This document shows, piece by piece, positions 13,091-25,708 of a stretch of DNA of 64,000 bases. This stretch comes from Mobula hypostoma (lineage: Eukaryota), in contig NC_086097.1 in the NCBI RefSeq assembly GCF_963921235.1, positions 194,186,001 through 194,250,000 of the forward strand, given 5' to 3'. The translations under genes were made by a program, and so were the position numbers. Each line of letters opens with the position of its first letter. The first letter of the stretch is position 1. Under the pieces are notes generated by a model, which saw only the letters and a program-made list of their open reading frames with translations, had not been told where the DNA came from and did no database searches.

Positions 13091-15539
13091 TGTAATCTAT
13101 GGTTTCTATGGTTGTAATCACGAGCTGTTTTCTGCAACAGAGTTGCTTTGGTGCATTTTCTAGATGGCATATACCATCTCCATGATGTTTTAATGATAGT
13201 AGTGAAAGTTCAGATGATGACCAGTTGGCAGTAGTGGTTGTTTAGTTAAGCACTAATGAACCTGCTGAGAAGCATTCTACATTCAAGAGTAACCATGTAT
13301 GACAGGTATTGGGGTTTTCAGTGGGAAGGGAATTATTGATAAGTAAAAGGATACCCCTGCTGTTGGAGATCAGCACATGTGATGGCCTAGTTAGGTTTCT
13401 GATCACCATGGGTGATTCTAATTGTGAACGGAATCAAAATATTATCAGCAAACAATCTTATTTCTGACCTTGTGAAAAGAGGTGGTCATTAATAAAACAG
13501 TTGAATACAGCTGTCCTCTAAGAATATCTTAGGTTCAAGATGATTGACCCCACCCCCCAATAACCACCTATCTTCCTTAATATTAAGTGCAGCCTATGGA
13601 GGTGCTTCCTGTAATTCCCAGTGATTTCTAATTTATTTGGATTCTTTGGTGCTACACTGTTAAATGTTGGCTTTAGATCAAGGGCAGCCACTCATCTAGC
13701 CACTGGAATTCAGTTCATATGTTGTCTGGATTAATGGTTCTGATGGTAACTGTCAATTATATTTTCTTTCACTTTGTTGTTGAATGACACAGAAAAGTAT
13801 CTGGCTGAATGGGATGTATGGGCAAGAATTACCTCAAATTTGCTGTTTTGCTGGAGCTACACAAGACATAACATATCTGCAGGCACAGCGATTTGAAGCA
13901 TTATTAAATATTGTTCGGGTCTACAGCCTTATCCATTGTAGCCAGTGCATTTCACTGTTTCATAAATTACAGAGGGCAAAAAAGAATCAACTGAAGGTTG
14001 GCTGGTTGGGCAGTCTCAAACGAAACCCAAGATGGATCATCCATTTGGCATTTTCTTTTTTTTTGGTTGCAAACACGTTAACCTTGTTATTTGGGCTCAT
14101 TAAGAATGGGAATTCTCACTTTGTGTGCCAATACTATCTGTTCAGTTGATTTTGAAGTCTACTATATGTTGCTCCATCTTTGGCATGCATGTAACCCAGT
14201 AATGTAGCTTCTCCAAAGCAGCACCTTTGAGGGTGCTTGGTCTTCCCCTTCCAAGATACTTTATCTAAATCAGAAAAGCTGTTTGACTTAACAGCAAGAG
14301 TAGAATGAGGGATATGGATATCCTCAACACCTCATAAGCTGCCAATTATGAACTGATTGATCTTTTACAAATCTATTCCACTACTACAGTGGTGATACCT
14401 AACAAGATGAAAGCTGATTAACTGTAGATCTTGGCAAGATACTGTCACTGCCACCATGTGGCCAGTAATGACATTGTTCATATTTTCAGGTTGTGGGAAG
14501 ATCTGTCACTAAATGCCCAGCCCAACTATCAAATGCTGTCAAATGTCATGTATGACCTCCACTGTAATGGGCAAAACTTCAATGGGCTGATCTACCTGCT
14601 GGCAGATGTTCTATGATGGGATCTTACAATTAGCTTTTTCACATAGCATAAGTACATTTTGAGCAATGCACAAAAATGCTGCAGGAACTTAGTGGGCTAG
14701 GCAACATCATGGAAGAAAATGTACAATTTTGGCTCCATATCCTTCATTAGAAGATTGACTATTTCTCTTCATAACCTGCTGAGTTCCTCCAGTCTTTTGT
14801 GTTGCTCCAAATTACTAGCATCTACAGTAATTTCCGTTGTTGTAAATGATCAGTTAATCTGGTCCATAAAGTATCCTCTGTCAAAGGAAATCCTGTGAAC
14901 TAGAATAACTGGGTATTTAGGCAGAACATCAAAACAAACTTGGCCTACTTTCAGACATGAAAGCTGCAATATATGTGTCTATGTGAAGATAGTCAAACTG
15001 TAGCTTAACAGTGGAATATGTACCAAGTTGCTGAATTCAATCCCAATTGAGTGTACAGGGTTGCTGAGCTCTTTATATCCAGGGCCCTACAAAATTTCTT
15101 AACAATGGAACCATTTATGCAGTAATCAACAAATTAGCAAAATGCTTAACAGCCTAAGCTTGCATCAGGCAAGCCCCTGCTGGCCTGAATCAGAGACCAA
15201 TTAACACTTGATAATGATACTGTACAGAAAAATGAACTTCGGATGACATCTGGCGATCAGTTCATCACTGATCCCAACAAAATGTAGGCTCCAATACAGT
15301 ACAACAGAAGCCAAACTATCTGTGACAATGCTTTAGGTTCAAATAAAATGTAAACCAGTGTGTGTTTAGGGGAAAGAAATCTGTTGTCCTGACACTGATA
15401 AATAATTTTGGTTATGACAATAATCCTATCATTTCCATAGCTAGCTTGATACCTGAATTTAAACTCCCAGCCATAGTGGTAGAATTTGAATTCAAGACTT
15501 CATTCTTTTAGATCAAGCAATGATCTATCGCTCCCAGAT

Positions 15540-16930
15540 GAGCTCAGTACCTACGTACACTTTGGTAGGGAGAACCATGACACACCCACACGAGCCTTCA
15601 TATCTCCAATGATCCTATAATTTTAGCCTCAGAGGCAGAGATACAGGCATGCTTCCAGAGGTTTAGTCCAGATGGTGTATCTGGCCAAGATCTGGGTGGA
15701 ACCAACTGGACAGAGTATTTACAAACATATTCAATCTGTCATTTTTGCAGCCTGAGGTTCCTACAAACTTCAAAAAGGTATCTATTGTACTGATTCCCAC
15801 GAAGACCATGATAATCTGCCTTAACGACTTCCTGGTAGTGCTTACATCAAATATAATGAAGTATTTCACGATGTTGGTTATGTTGTGAATCAACTCCTGC
15901 CTCAGAGAAGACCTGGATCCACTTAACTTTGCCTACTGCCACAACAGGTCACAGCAGATGTGATTTCATTGCTTCTGCACTTTGCTCTGAACCACCTGGA
16001 AAACAGGAACTCTTATGTCAGATTGCTGTTCATTGACTGCATCTGGGCATTGAACAGCATCATCCTATTCAAATTCATCAACAAACTTCAAGTCCTGGGC
16101 CTCTGTACCTTGCCCTGCAACTGGATACTTGACTTTCTCATAGGCAGACATCAGTCAATAAGGATTGGTAACATCTCCTTCTTGCTGACGATCAACACTG
16201 GTGCACCTCCCAGCTGCATATTCAGCCTTCTACTCTACTTCCTATACACACATGACTGTGGTTAAGTACAGCTCCAAAGTCATCTTCAAATTCAATGACA
16301 CTACTGTTGCTGGATGCACCACAGTTGATAACGAGTCAGCTTACTGGATTGAGAGAATACCTGGTTGAGCAGTGCCAGAAGAACAGCCCCTTGTTCACTG
16401 TCAGCAGAACAAGACAGCTGATAGTTCACTTTCAGGAAGAAAGGCAAATGTGCACCTGTCCACAATGGGGGAACAGTGGTGGAGAGTCAGATGCTTTAAA
16501 TTCCCGAGTATTAACATATTGGATGACCTGTCCAGGGCATAGCACATAAGATACAGTCATAAGGAAAGTGTGCCAGCATCTTTATTTTCGAAGAAGATTA
16601 AGTTTACAAAGCACCCTGACAAAATAATCCTGTAGGAAGCATCCTCACAGGTTGCATTATGGTCGGTAACAGCAATTTCAATGAGCAGGAATGCAGGAAG
16701 GTACAATACTGGATTCTGTCCAATACATTACGGACACATTCCTTCCCACCAGTGGTAGTATTTATAGGAGGCACTGCCTCAGAAATGCAACATCCATCTT
16801 CAAAGATCCCTAACATCTGGAGCCATGCTATCTTTTCATATCTACCATCAGGTATAGAGACCTAACTCCTACACCACCAGGTTCAAAGCAGCTTTTCCCT
16901 AACAATTCAGTTCCTGAATTAACCAGCAAA
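15540..16930 (+). mobile_element. Degenerate Rex1/Babar-like LINE RT fragment
   Basis: DPL.FAY.HNRS, HLENRNSYVRLLFID, CNWILDFL.GR.QS, INTGAP. Confidence 0.8.
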
Positions 16931-17789
16931 ACCCTAATCACTACAGTTTAGCAACAAAATGATCACTTCGCTCACCTTGCATTAAAATGGGTAATATTTT
17001 ATGTGTTCTTTCTTGTAAGAATTGTGTACAGCAAGTGCCTTTTTTACTTTACAGTAGTGTCACTGATGCTATGTGCTCATGATGCTGCTGCAAATTTTCA
17101 CTCGGGCCTATGACAAACGACTTTGATGTATACATTCAGTTAGGTGAAAGGAAAGCTTATTTAGACTATTAAACAAAAGTATGTAAAAATCATTATTTTT
17201 ATTTTTGCTGCATATATACTTCTCAATAAAATTAGAATCCAGCATATCAACTGAAGGAGCAAATTGAAAGTGCCATTCTGTTCCTGAATATTGCCAATAG
17301 GTTGAATTTGTCAATATGGTTGCTTGGGGAGTGAGGAAGGAGGGTGGTGGACATAGAAAGGAACAGTTTGAAGCAACCTGTTAAGTTAACCACATACTGT
17401 TAAAAATAGTAAGATATTTATTTGACAGAAAAGAATGCTTATAGCCCAAACAGAACTAGCGATGAAAAAAGACAATATTTTAAATTAAGGAAACCGTATC
17501 TACTCTAATGATAACTTAAAGCATTTGTAGATAAGTCATAGTTACTGGGAAGGTGCCAGGTTTGATCAACAGAGTGTTCTATTAACAGGTTTCTTTCAGA
17601 ATGATGAGAAGGTACGAGATGTTTCAACACAAAATGGTTTGGGAACAGGTACCGCCTTTGGTACAGGACTGTCAATTCCTAATCAACCCATATTAAATAC
17701 ATACATTTCTTCCCAACAGTAATAAAACGACCACTTGGATGAGTCACTCACAAACATTGCAAGTTTTAAAAAAATCTGGAAAAAAAGTC

Positions 17790-18590
17790 ACACACACAAA
17801 CTGCTGGAGGAACTCAGTAGGCCAGGCAGCATCTATGGAAAAGAGTGTAGTCGACGTTTTGAACCAAGACACTTCATCAGAACTTGAGAAGAAAAGATGA
17901 GGAGTCATAGTTAGAAGGTGGGAGGAAGGGAGGAATTAATCACAAGGTGCGGTGGTGGTGGGGGGTTGGAAAAGGCCAAGTAAAGAGCTGGGAAATTGAT
18001 TGGTGAAAGAAATACAGGGCTGGAGAAGGGGGAATCTGATAGGAGAGGAAAGAAAAAGGCAGAGGGAGGTGATGGGCAGGTAAGGAGATAAAACTGAGAG
18101 AAGGAAAAGGGAAGGGAGAATAGTGAGGGGGGGTTATGGAATTACCAGAGGCTTGAGAAAATGATGTTCATGCCATCAGGTTGGAGGCTACCCAGACAGA
18201 ATATAAGATGTTGCTCCTCCACCCTGAGTGTGGCCTCATCGTGACAGTGGAGGAAGCCATGGACTGACATGTTGGAATGGGAATGGGAAGCAGAATTAAA
18301 ATGGGAAGCCACTGGGAGACCCTGCTTTTCCTGGTGGATGGAGCAGCAAAGCCATCTTCCAAGCTCTTTACTTCACCCCTCCCAGTTTCACCTATCACCT
18401 TGTTTCTTTCTCCCCTCTCATCTTCTAACTCTGATTCCTCATGCTTTTTCCCCCCTCCAGTATTGATGAAGGATTTTGGCTCGAAACATTGACTACTCTT
18501 TTCCATAGATGCTGCCGGGCTTGCTGAGTTCCTCCAGTGTTTTGTGTGTATTGCTTGGATTTCCAGTATCTGCAGATTTTCTCTTGGAAT
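17790..18590. mobile_element. Penelope-like element remnant with two oppositely oriented terminal-repeat copies
   Basis: 17795-17885 is the reverse complement of about 18459-18550; the minus part encodes the GIY-YIG C-terminal LEEQHLIFCLG.LQPDGMNI. Confidence 0.8.
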
Positions 18591-19145
18591 AAAGGTATAT
18601 TAGAATATATTTCCTATAATCCTATAAACTTGACCTTTTGTAAACAGGGCTATAAGATATTTAAATCCATTGGCTGGAATAGGTTTACATTACACTAACT
18701 TGTAGTTACAACACTCATTTGAAGAAATATCAGATTGCCATGTTAAACATTACAGGTTTTAAATGCATCTTAGTTAATTCACCTCAATGTTCATTTACTA
18801 GATCTCAAATTGCACTGCAGCCTTGCTTTCTCTAAATGGTAGCTACTAGTGAGATGAAATTCAGCACCAGAGTGATGGGAACCTCACCCATTCATGTGAG
18901 ACCGCCTGACTTCAGTATACTCTACTATTCTTGCATTGTTGCTGAGTGAAAATCTTGAACAACGTCAGCACAAGTATTTCAAGATCATAGGTGAGCAGGC
19001 AACGGGAAATAAATTCAGATTCTGGACCCGTGAAGTAACCAAGAGCAAGTATCAGTGAAAGGTCTGCTGTTTTGCTGCACAATACTACATCAATTCAAAT
19101 TTTAATTTACTCTTGATTTAAAAGCTATTTTCAAAATAAACTTAC

Positions 19146-19317
19146 CAATCTGTGAATTCAGTACATGATAAGCCTTTGGTAGAGGAGCTCCAAATATCAT
19201 TCCTCGCAGTTTATCCATTTGTGGTGCCTTGTTTTGAAGGCCACCAAATTTTCCATTGCTTCGTATTCTATCTCCATCTCTCGTCAGCAACGTAGGGCAG
19301 TGGCTGATTTTCACAAC
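19146..19317 (-). CDS. SMCHD1: SMCHD1 hinge exon [57 protein letters not shown]
   Basis: Glycine-rich hinge motif [17 protein letters not shown] acceptor, GTAAGT donor. Confidence 0.98.
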
Positions 19318-19536
19318 CTAAGTTTATAACAGAATGCTTCAAATTTCTGAGTAATAACAATTAAAAATAGAACACTGTTAAATGCAAATTTGCATTATTC
19401 ATGCCAGTTAACATGGTTCAAGCAAAATAATATGTATTTCAGATCTATGGAAACATTGTTAAAGACAATAAGCTATGTGTCAGTGGTTGCAAAGGCAAAG
19501 TTCTATGCATTAAAAAAAAGAACATCTTGAATCTAC

Positions 19537-19607
19537 CTCTTTTCGATACTGATTCGCAGCATTTAAATTATCCAAGATAATTGTATCTCCAAGAAGCATC
19601 CCAAATA
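19537..19607 (-). CDS. SMCHD1: SMCHD1 hinge exon [24 protein letters not shown]
   Basis: Near-identical to recalled human [30 protein letters not shown] acceptor, GTAGAT donor. Confidence 0.96.
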
Positions 19608-20968
19608 CTGAAAAACAAATTTTCATTTTAATAGAATGCTTTTTTCAAACAATTAAATATTGCAAATCCTAATCTCACTGGTTTACACACTATAAACCAA
19701 TGTGTAATAATTAATGGTAACACTGTGTTTCCCCATAGGATGATCATAAAATTTTAAGAATAGCACTAATGCCTGGCATAGTGCTATTCACAAAATTATT
19801 TGCAATTTCAATGTTATAATTGCACACACAAGGAAAACACATTGCAGCATTTTAGAAGAAAATAAATCAAGTGCTTCACAGTACTTTCTGGAGGCTAAAC
19901 ATATGGCATGGATAATGGCAACCTTTCATCCAAAACATTATGCTCCTACTCTCTCAAAAGCTTGCATTAACTCAAGACTTGGGAGTGAAGAAGTCATTCT
20001 TGCTCACACTCAATTTCCTTCAACCACTAGTTTCTTCATTTCAGCCACTTTTCACACTACATCTAAAACTTTCATACTACATCTAAAACTCTGCTACATC
20101 TTCAACGTTTGGCTCAAGCTGAATGAGTTGAGGTTATATCACTCAGTCTTGACCAACACGTGGAAAAATTGGAGGGCATTCCTCTTTCCAGCTAATTCCG
20201 CATCCAAGCCAAGAAACTTACTTTTACTATGCAAACTTGCAAAAGAATGTCACAAAAATACCTATAATTATTAGTGCTAGGGCAAGGAAATTTCAAACAC
20301 ATGCATGGCAGAATTACTTAAGTCACTTTTGTACAGAATTGGTTTAAAAGTACCAATCACAAAAGCAATCATACCTTAAAGCTAAAGTAAACATCTTTCA
20401 AGTATTAGACTATAAGACATAGGACGAGAAATATGCCATTCAGCCCAATGAGTCTGCTCCACTATTTCATCATGGCTGATTAATTATCCCACTCAACCCC
20501 ATTCTTTTCCCTTCTCTTCATGACCTCTGATGCCTTTACTAATCAAGAACCTATCAACTACCACTTTAAATATCCAATATCTGGGCCTCCACAACCATCT
20601 GTGGGAATGATTTCCACAGAGTCACCACTCTCTGGCTGAAGAAATTCCTCATCTCTGTTCTAAGAAGGAATGTCCTTCTAATCTGAGAAGGATGCTATTC
20701 ACATTTTTCAGCAAGTATTCAAATAGATTCTTTTAATCTGCTAACACAGCCATACATGCATTGAGGATATAAAAGGCTAACTCTATTGAAGAGTATCAAC
20801 TATACAGGAATAAGCTATCTGCTAATATGAAATATAATAAAAAACATTTATTAAAGTGACTACCTTCCAGAAAAATCAAACCCAGATGGGTATAACCAAT
20901 GATTAATGCTAAATATAAAATTATGATTACTTGTAGGTTAAAACAAAATTAGGACAAATATACTTTAC

Positions 20969-21078
20969 CCATTCGACATTGTTCAACATTTTCTGTGAAA
21001 ATTAGTAGGTCACGCGCAAATATTGGGTTTCCTTCAGGTTTGAAATGGCATTTTCCATTTCGCATGTGAGGTAATGGT
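20969..21078 (-). CDS. SMCHD1: SMCHD1 hinge exon [36 protein letters not shown]
   Basis: LPH.RNGK..FKP.G.P.FARDLL motif; TTGTAG acceptor, GTAAAG donor. Confidence 0.96.
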
Positions 21079-21674
21079 CTACAATTGAGAAAAAAGCAAA
21101 TCTGAGCACTTACATAAAGAAATTTATTCAGCATTTAGCAGCAATTTACAAAATTATGTAATTTATTAATCCATTTTACATTTTGTATTTCTTCCCTCAA
21201 TACAGGAGCTAATATTTGCTTAATTTACCATGTGCATTTTGAAATGACATCTTGAACACTTAATACCTCCCCAAAATATGACCAATGGAATATAACCATC
21301 AATCACAAGAAAAATTGCAGTTGTGATACATATATTCAGTATAATCCTAGTCTGTGTTTTTAAAAAGTAGTGCATCTCAAATTTAGCAAACAATTAAATG
21401 AGAATTGAAACTTTTGTACTAAGCTTCACACATTTTTAGACTGCGTTGTTTCCAGATGTAATAAATTCTAAGACAGTTAGGCCCAATACAAATATTTGAC
21501 TGAATTATTATGTCATATGTCATGTAAAAGTAAAACTTTAAAATCTATTCCTTACTTCAATTGTAAATTTTTCTCTTAAGTTTTCTTCTTTAATTAATTG
21601 CGAGTAGTCAAGGGATTTTTCAGGTTTTTGCTTCTTTAGTTTTTTAAGTTTAGTTTTTTTAAGTCTAGAAATAG

Positions 21675-21945
21675 TCAAGTCAAGTTTATTGTCATTATGA
21701 CCATAAGCTGCTGGTACAGTACACAGTAAAAATGAAACAATGTTCCTCCAGGACCCTGGTGCTACATGAAACAACACAAAACTACATTAGACTATGTGAG
21801 ACAGCACAAGGCTACACTAGACTACATAAAATAACATTAAAAAACTGCACTAGACTATAGACCTGCACAGGACTACATAACGTGCACAAAACAGTGCAGG
21901 ACAGTAGAATAATTAATAAACAAGACAATAGGCACAGTAGAGAAC
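21675..21945 (-). mobile_element. Retroelement 3' tail inserted into the RTE
   Basis: AATAAA plus (CTTGA)n tail on minus strand; flanked by AATAG at 21670-21674 and 21946-21950; removing it restores RTE frame SLEIESVEDD. Confidence 0.75.
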
Positions 21946-22292
21946 AATAGAATCTGTTGAAGATGATAGCAATCATGTAGAAATGAAGTTTAACTCTCTA
22001 AAGGAAGGCTTGGTAGAATCAGCAAAGTCAGTGATTCCTAAACAAGAAAAAGCACAAACAATAAATGGATGACAGATGAAATCAAAAATCTAATGGAAGA
22101 GACGGAAGAAAGCAAATCCTATAGAATATAAATCCTTAGATAAAAAAGTTAAAAGCTCATGTCAAAAAGCCAAAGAAGAATGCTAAAACCAGGAATGTGA
22201 GCAACTAGAAAGAATCCCTATTACTGATCCAAAAAAGGTTACACCAGCAAATCAAAAATATCACTGGTAAAAAGCTCCTCTGTTCTTCAGGT

Positions 22293-22793
22293 AAACAACC
22301 GGAATTCTGCAGATGCTGGAGATTCAAGCAACACACATCAAAGTTGCTGGTGAACACAGCAGGCCAGGCAGCATCTCTAGGAAGAGGTTCAGTCGACGTT
22401 TCAGGCCGAGACCCTTCGTCAGGACTAACTGAAGGAAGAGTGAGTAAGGGATTTGGAAGTTGGAGGGGGAGGGGGAGATCCAAAATGATAGGAGAAGACA
22501 GGAGGGGGAGGGATGGAGTCAAGAGCTGGACAGGTGATAGGCAAAAGGGATACGAGAGGATCATGGGACAGGAGGTCCGGGAAGAAAGACAAGGGGGGGG
22601 GGGAACCCAGAGGATGGGCAAGGGGTATATTCAGAGGGATAGAGGGAGAAAAAGGAGAGTGAGAGAAAGAATGTGTGTATAAAAATAAATAACAGATGGG
22701 GTACGAGGGGGAGGTGTGGCATTAGCGGAAGTTAGAGAAGTCGATGTTCATGTCATCAGGTTGGAGGCTACCCAGATGGAATATAAGGTGTTG
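22293..22793 (-). mobile_element. Young Penelope-like element 3' portion nested in the RTE
   Basis: Reverse complement of about 42360-42823 with very few mismatches; QHLIFHLGSLQPDDMNIDF. Confidence 0.92.
22391..22426 (-). ncRNA. Minimal hammerhead ribozyme motif (type I-like, helix III reduced to ACGU palindrome)
   Basis: AGUC-CUGACGA-AGG(GUCUCGG)CCU-GAAA-C-GUC-GACU: both conserved boxes, stem I AGUC/GACU, stem II AGG/CCU, GUC cleavage triplet. Confidence 0.8.
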
Positions 22794-24420
22794 TGAAAGC
22801 AAAGGACGGTACCATTATCACGGAAAAAGATGAGATTATGAACCGATGGACCGAGTATATTCAGGAATTTTTCGAAGACGATCGAAGGTGAAAAACCAGA
22901 AATTAAGAGCACTGAAGGTCCAAGTATTTTAAAATCTGAAGTTCATAATGCAATAAATGAAGAAAGGAAAGGCAGCAGGTCCTGATGAATTAGTAATAGA
23001 ACAAATTATCACCCTTGAAGATTATGGAATTGGAAAAACTTACTGAATTAATCAATGACATTTATGAGACTGGAATAATACTAGAAGAGATGAAAAAAAT
23101 CAGTATTTATCATTCTTCCTAAGAAACCTGGAGCAATAGAATGTGAATTACATAGGACCATAAGTTTAATGAGTCATATCACTAAGATACTTCTAAGAAT
23201 TTTGATGACAAGAGCTAAAAGTAAGATACAAGCTGAAACAGGTAAAGAACAATGTGGTTTTGTGAAAGATAAAGGTACAAGAAACGCCATATCGATGTTA
23301 AGGATACTATCAGAACAAGTTATTCAAGTGCAAAAAGATTTGTTTATTTGGTTTATCCACTACACAAAAGCATTTGATAAAGTGAAACACAATAAGTTAT
23401 TCGAAATATTACAGGAAACTCTAGATCTAGATTCGAAAGACCTCCGCCTGATCAGAAATCTGTACTGGGAACAAACTGCCACTGTAAGAATAGATGGAGA
23501 AATGAGTCAGTTTACGAAAATCAAGAGAGGCATTAGACAAGGATGTGTTTTCTTCCCTGATTTGTTTAATGTGTACAGTGAAACAATATTACAAAAAATA
23601 AGAGACATCTTGGGTATCAAAGTTGGCGGTGAAAACATCAATAACTTTAGATATGCGGATGACACTGTGTTAATTTGCAAGTACAGAGGAAGAACTACAA
23701 AACTTAATTGATATAGTTGTTGAAGAAAGTGCAAAATTGGGCCTATCTATCAATTGCAAAAAGACAGAATGTATGGTGATATCCAAAAAGAAGGAGAATC
23801 CTATCTGCAGGCTGAGAATAAACAGGGAAGACATAAAACAAGTACAGAACTTTTGCTACTTAGGAAGCTGGGTGACATCAGATGGCAGGTGCGACATGGA
23901 CATCAAAAGAAGAATAGGGATGGCAAAAGACACCTTTATGAGAATGAACAGTATATTGACCAACATTAAACTAGGCATGACAACCCATCTCAGAGCACTG
24001 AAATGTTACGTTTATCCAGTTATGTTATATGGCTCAGAATGTTGGACAATATCTAGTAACATGAGGAAACAAATCGAAGCAGCAGAGATGTGGTTTTTGA
24101 GGAGGATGCAAAGAATATCATGGATGAAGCGAATATCTAACGAGGATGTCATGAACAGAGCAAGCACAAAAAGAGAAATAATGTGTGAGATCATGAAAAG
24201 GCAACATGACTTCATTGGACATGTGATTAGGAAAGAGGAGTTAGAATGCACTGTAATTATGGGAAAGATTGAAGGGAAGAAAGCAAGATGAAGGCAAAGA
24301 CAAATGATGATGGGGACAGCAGCCAGAGAACTGGAAATGAATACCAATGAATTGATCCACTTGATCCAAAACAGGAGTGTGTGGGCCATGGCAGTCAAAG
24401 CTCAAATTGGGCATGGCACT

Positions 24421-24460
<40 letters not shown>

Positions 24461-24700
24461 AGTATTATAATAACAGTGGGTAATGAACTAGCATTTAACT
24501 CTGAATTTTAAGTTAAATGCAAAATTTAACCTAATTAATTCTGACAGCTGCTTCAACCCAAGTCTAAAATTCATTACTCACCAAACTGTTTTAAAATTAT
24601 AATGTGGTACATATTTAGCTTGTTGACATTTTAATGCATTTTCTAATGTCCCTTCACAAAGCTAGTTCAAATGGTTGAAATTTCAGTTAACAGTTTATAC

Positions 24701-24891
24701 CTATTACTATCTGGAAGGTTTTTTCTATATATAGAATCAAGTGGAAGTACTTGTTGACGACCCTGAGTTTCATCAAAGATACGTCGTGCTGCATCTGTGG
24801 TTAAAGTAACCACACAGTCCATGTCACTAGCCATATGCCATGAGATAACCTTGGCTACCTCATCATCCTCTATCATTGCCAAGTGTGCAAT
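24701..24891 (-). CDS. SMCHD1: SMCHD1 exon, SMC hinge: [64 protein letters not shown]
   Basis: Diagnostic [40 protein letters not shown] acceptor, GTATAA donor. Confidence 0.98.
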
Positions 24892-25423
24892 CTGTAATAA
24901 AAACAAAAAAACTTTTGGTTAAGGAATTTAACACGAAGTGACATAAGCCATTAAAAAATAACAATTGTGAAAAATGAAGGAAAAAGTTGTATTTTATTGG
25001 CAAGGTGGGAGCATGCACACAAATACAAGGAGGATCAGAATAGTTAAGCACACCGTTTTGGCAAGCTCTAGCCTCTAAGAAATACTAATTAAATAATAGC
25101 CTCAATTCCCTTGTCAAATGGAACAAGTTCAATGCCTTTCTAGTAAAATAGCTACCAATATACAAAGCTAGTTTACTTTTAGGTACATTAGACAGCATTA
25201 ATTTGTAGCAAAGGAGGAAGGAAAAATAGAAAGGAAGTGGCAGATGCCAAAGGAGGAATACAAATAAGCACAAATTAAAAGCATCAGCATTTCATCAATA
25301 ATATTGTTATTCATTGGCTTGTACTGAATACAGTCAGAATTTTTTTTTTTCCTCAGCCGGATTGTGCAACTTCTATAATGCAGAGTTTATAAACTATTTA
25401 TTAAGAAATTATAGAGATCATAC

Positions 25424-25546
25424 CTTTCCTAAAATGTCACTGCTGTTCCTAGTATAATTTGGCAGAGAACATGTTCTCCTGGGCAATTTCATTATCCTCT
25501 CTCTTTCAATTTTCATCTGCTTGATGACTACATCAATATCTTGAAG
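25424..25546 (-). CDS. SMCHD1: SMCHD1 exon LQDIDVVIKQMKIERERIMKLPRRTCSLPNYTRNSSDILGK
   Basis: PRR.C.LPNYT...D.LGK motif; ATGTAG acceptor, GTATGA donor. Confidence 0.93.
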
Positions 25547-25708
25547 CTACATTGAAGAAAAACAATATTTTCAGCATGTGGTTTAGAATAGGGGGGGTCA
25601 GGGAAGAATAGCATTTTAAAATGAAACACAATATACAATCTGCCATAAAGTCCACAACATGCACTGAATTCTGAAGTGCAATCTAAAAATGATAACAATT
25701 GAAATGTA

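Larger units (their letters stand above)
21536..24460 (+). mobile_element. RTE-clade LINE, 5'-truncated with 5' inversion (21536-21660), interrupted by two insertions, ending in a (GAT)n tail
   Basis: EQCGF..DKGTRNAI, KAFDKV.H, RGIRQGC, RYADDTV, YLGS, LYGSECW; (TGA)n 24421-24460. Confidence 0.93.

Noticed and set aside
15360..15500. Possible DeuSINE-like remnant
   Set aside because: Similarity rests on short, decayed strings recalled from memory; not supportable without alignment
20051..20100. 20-bp tandem duplication TTCA(C/T)ACTACATCTAAAACT
   Set aside because: Only about 2.5 units; ordinary slippage, not a CRISPR-like array
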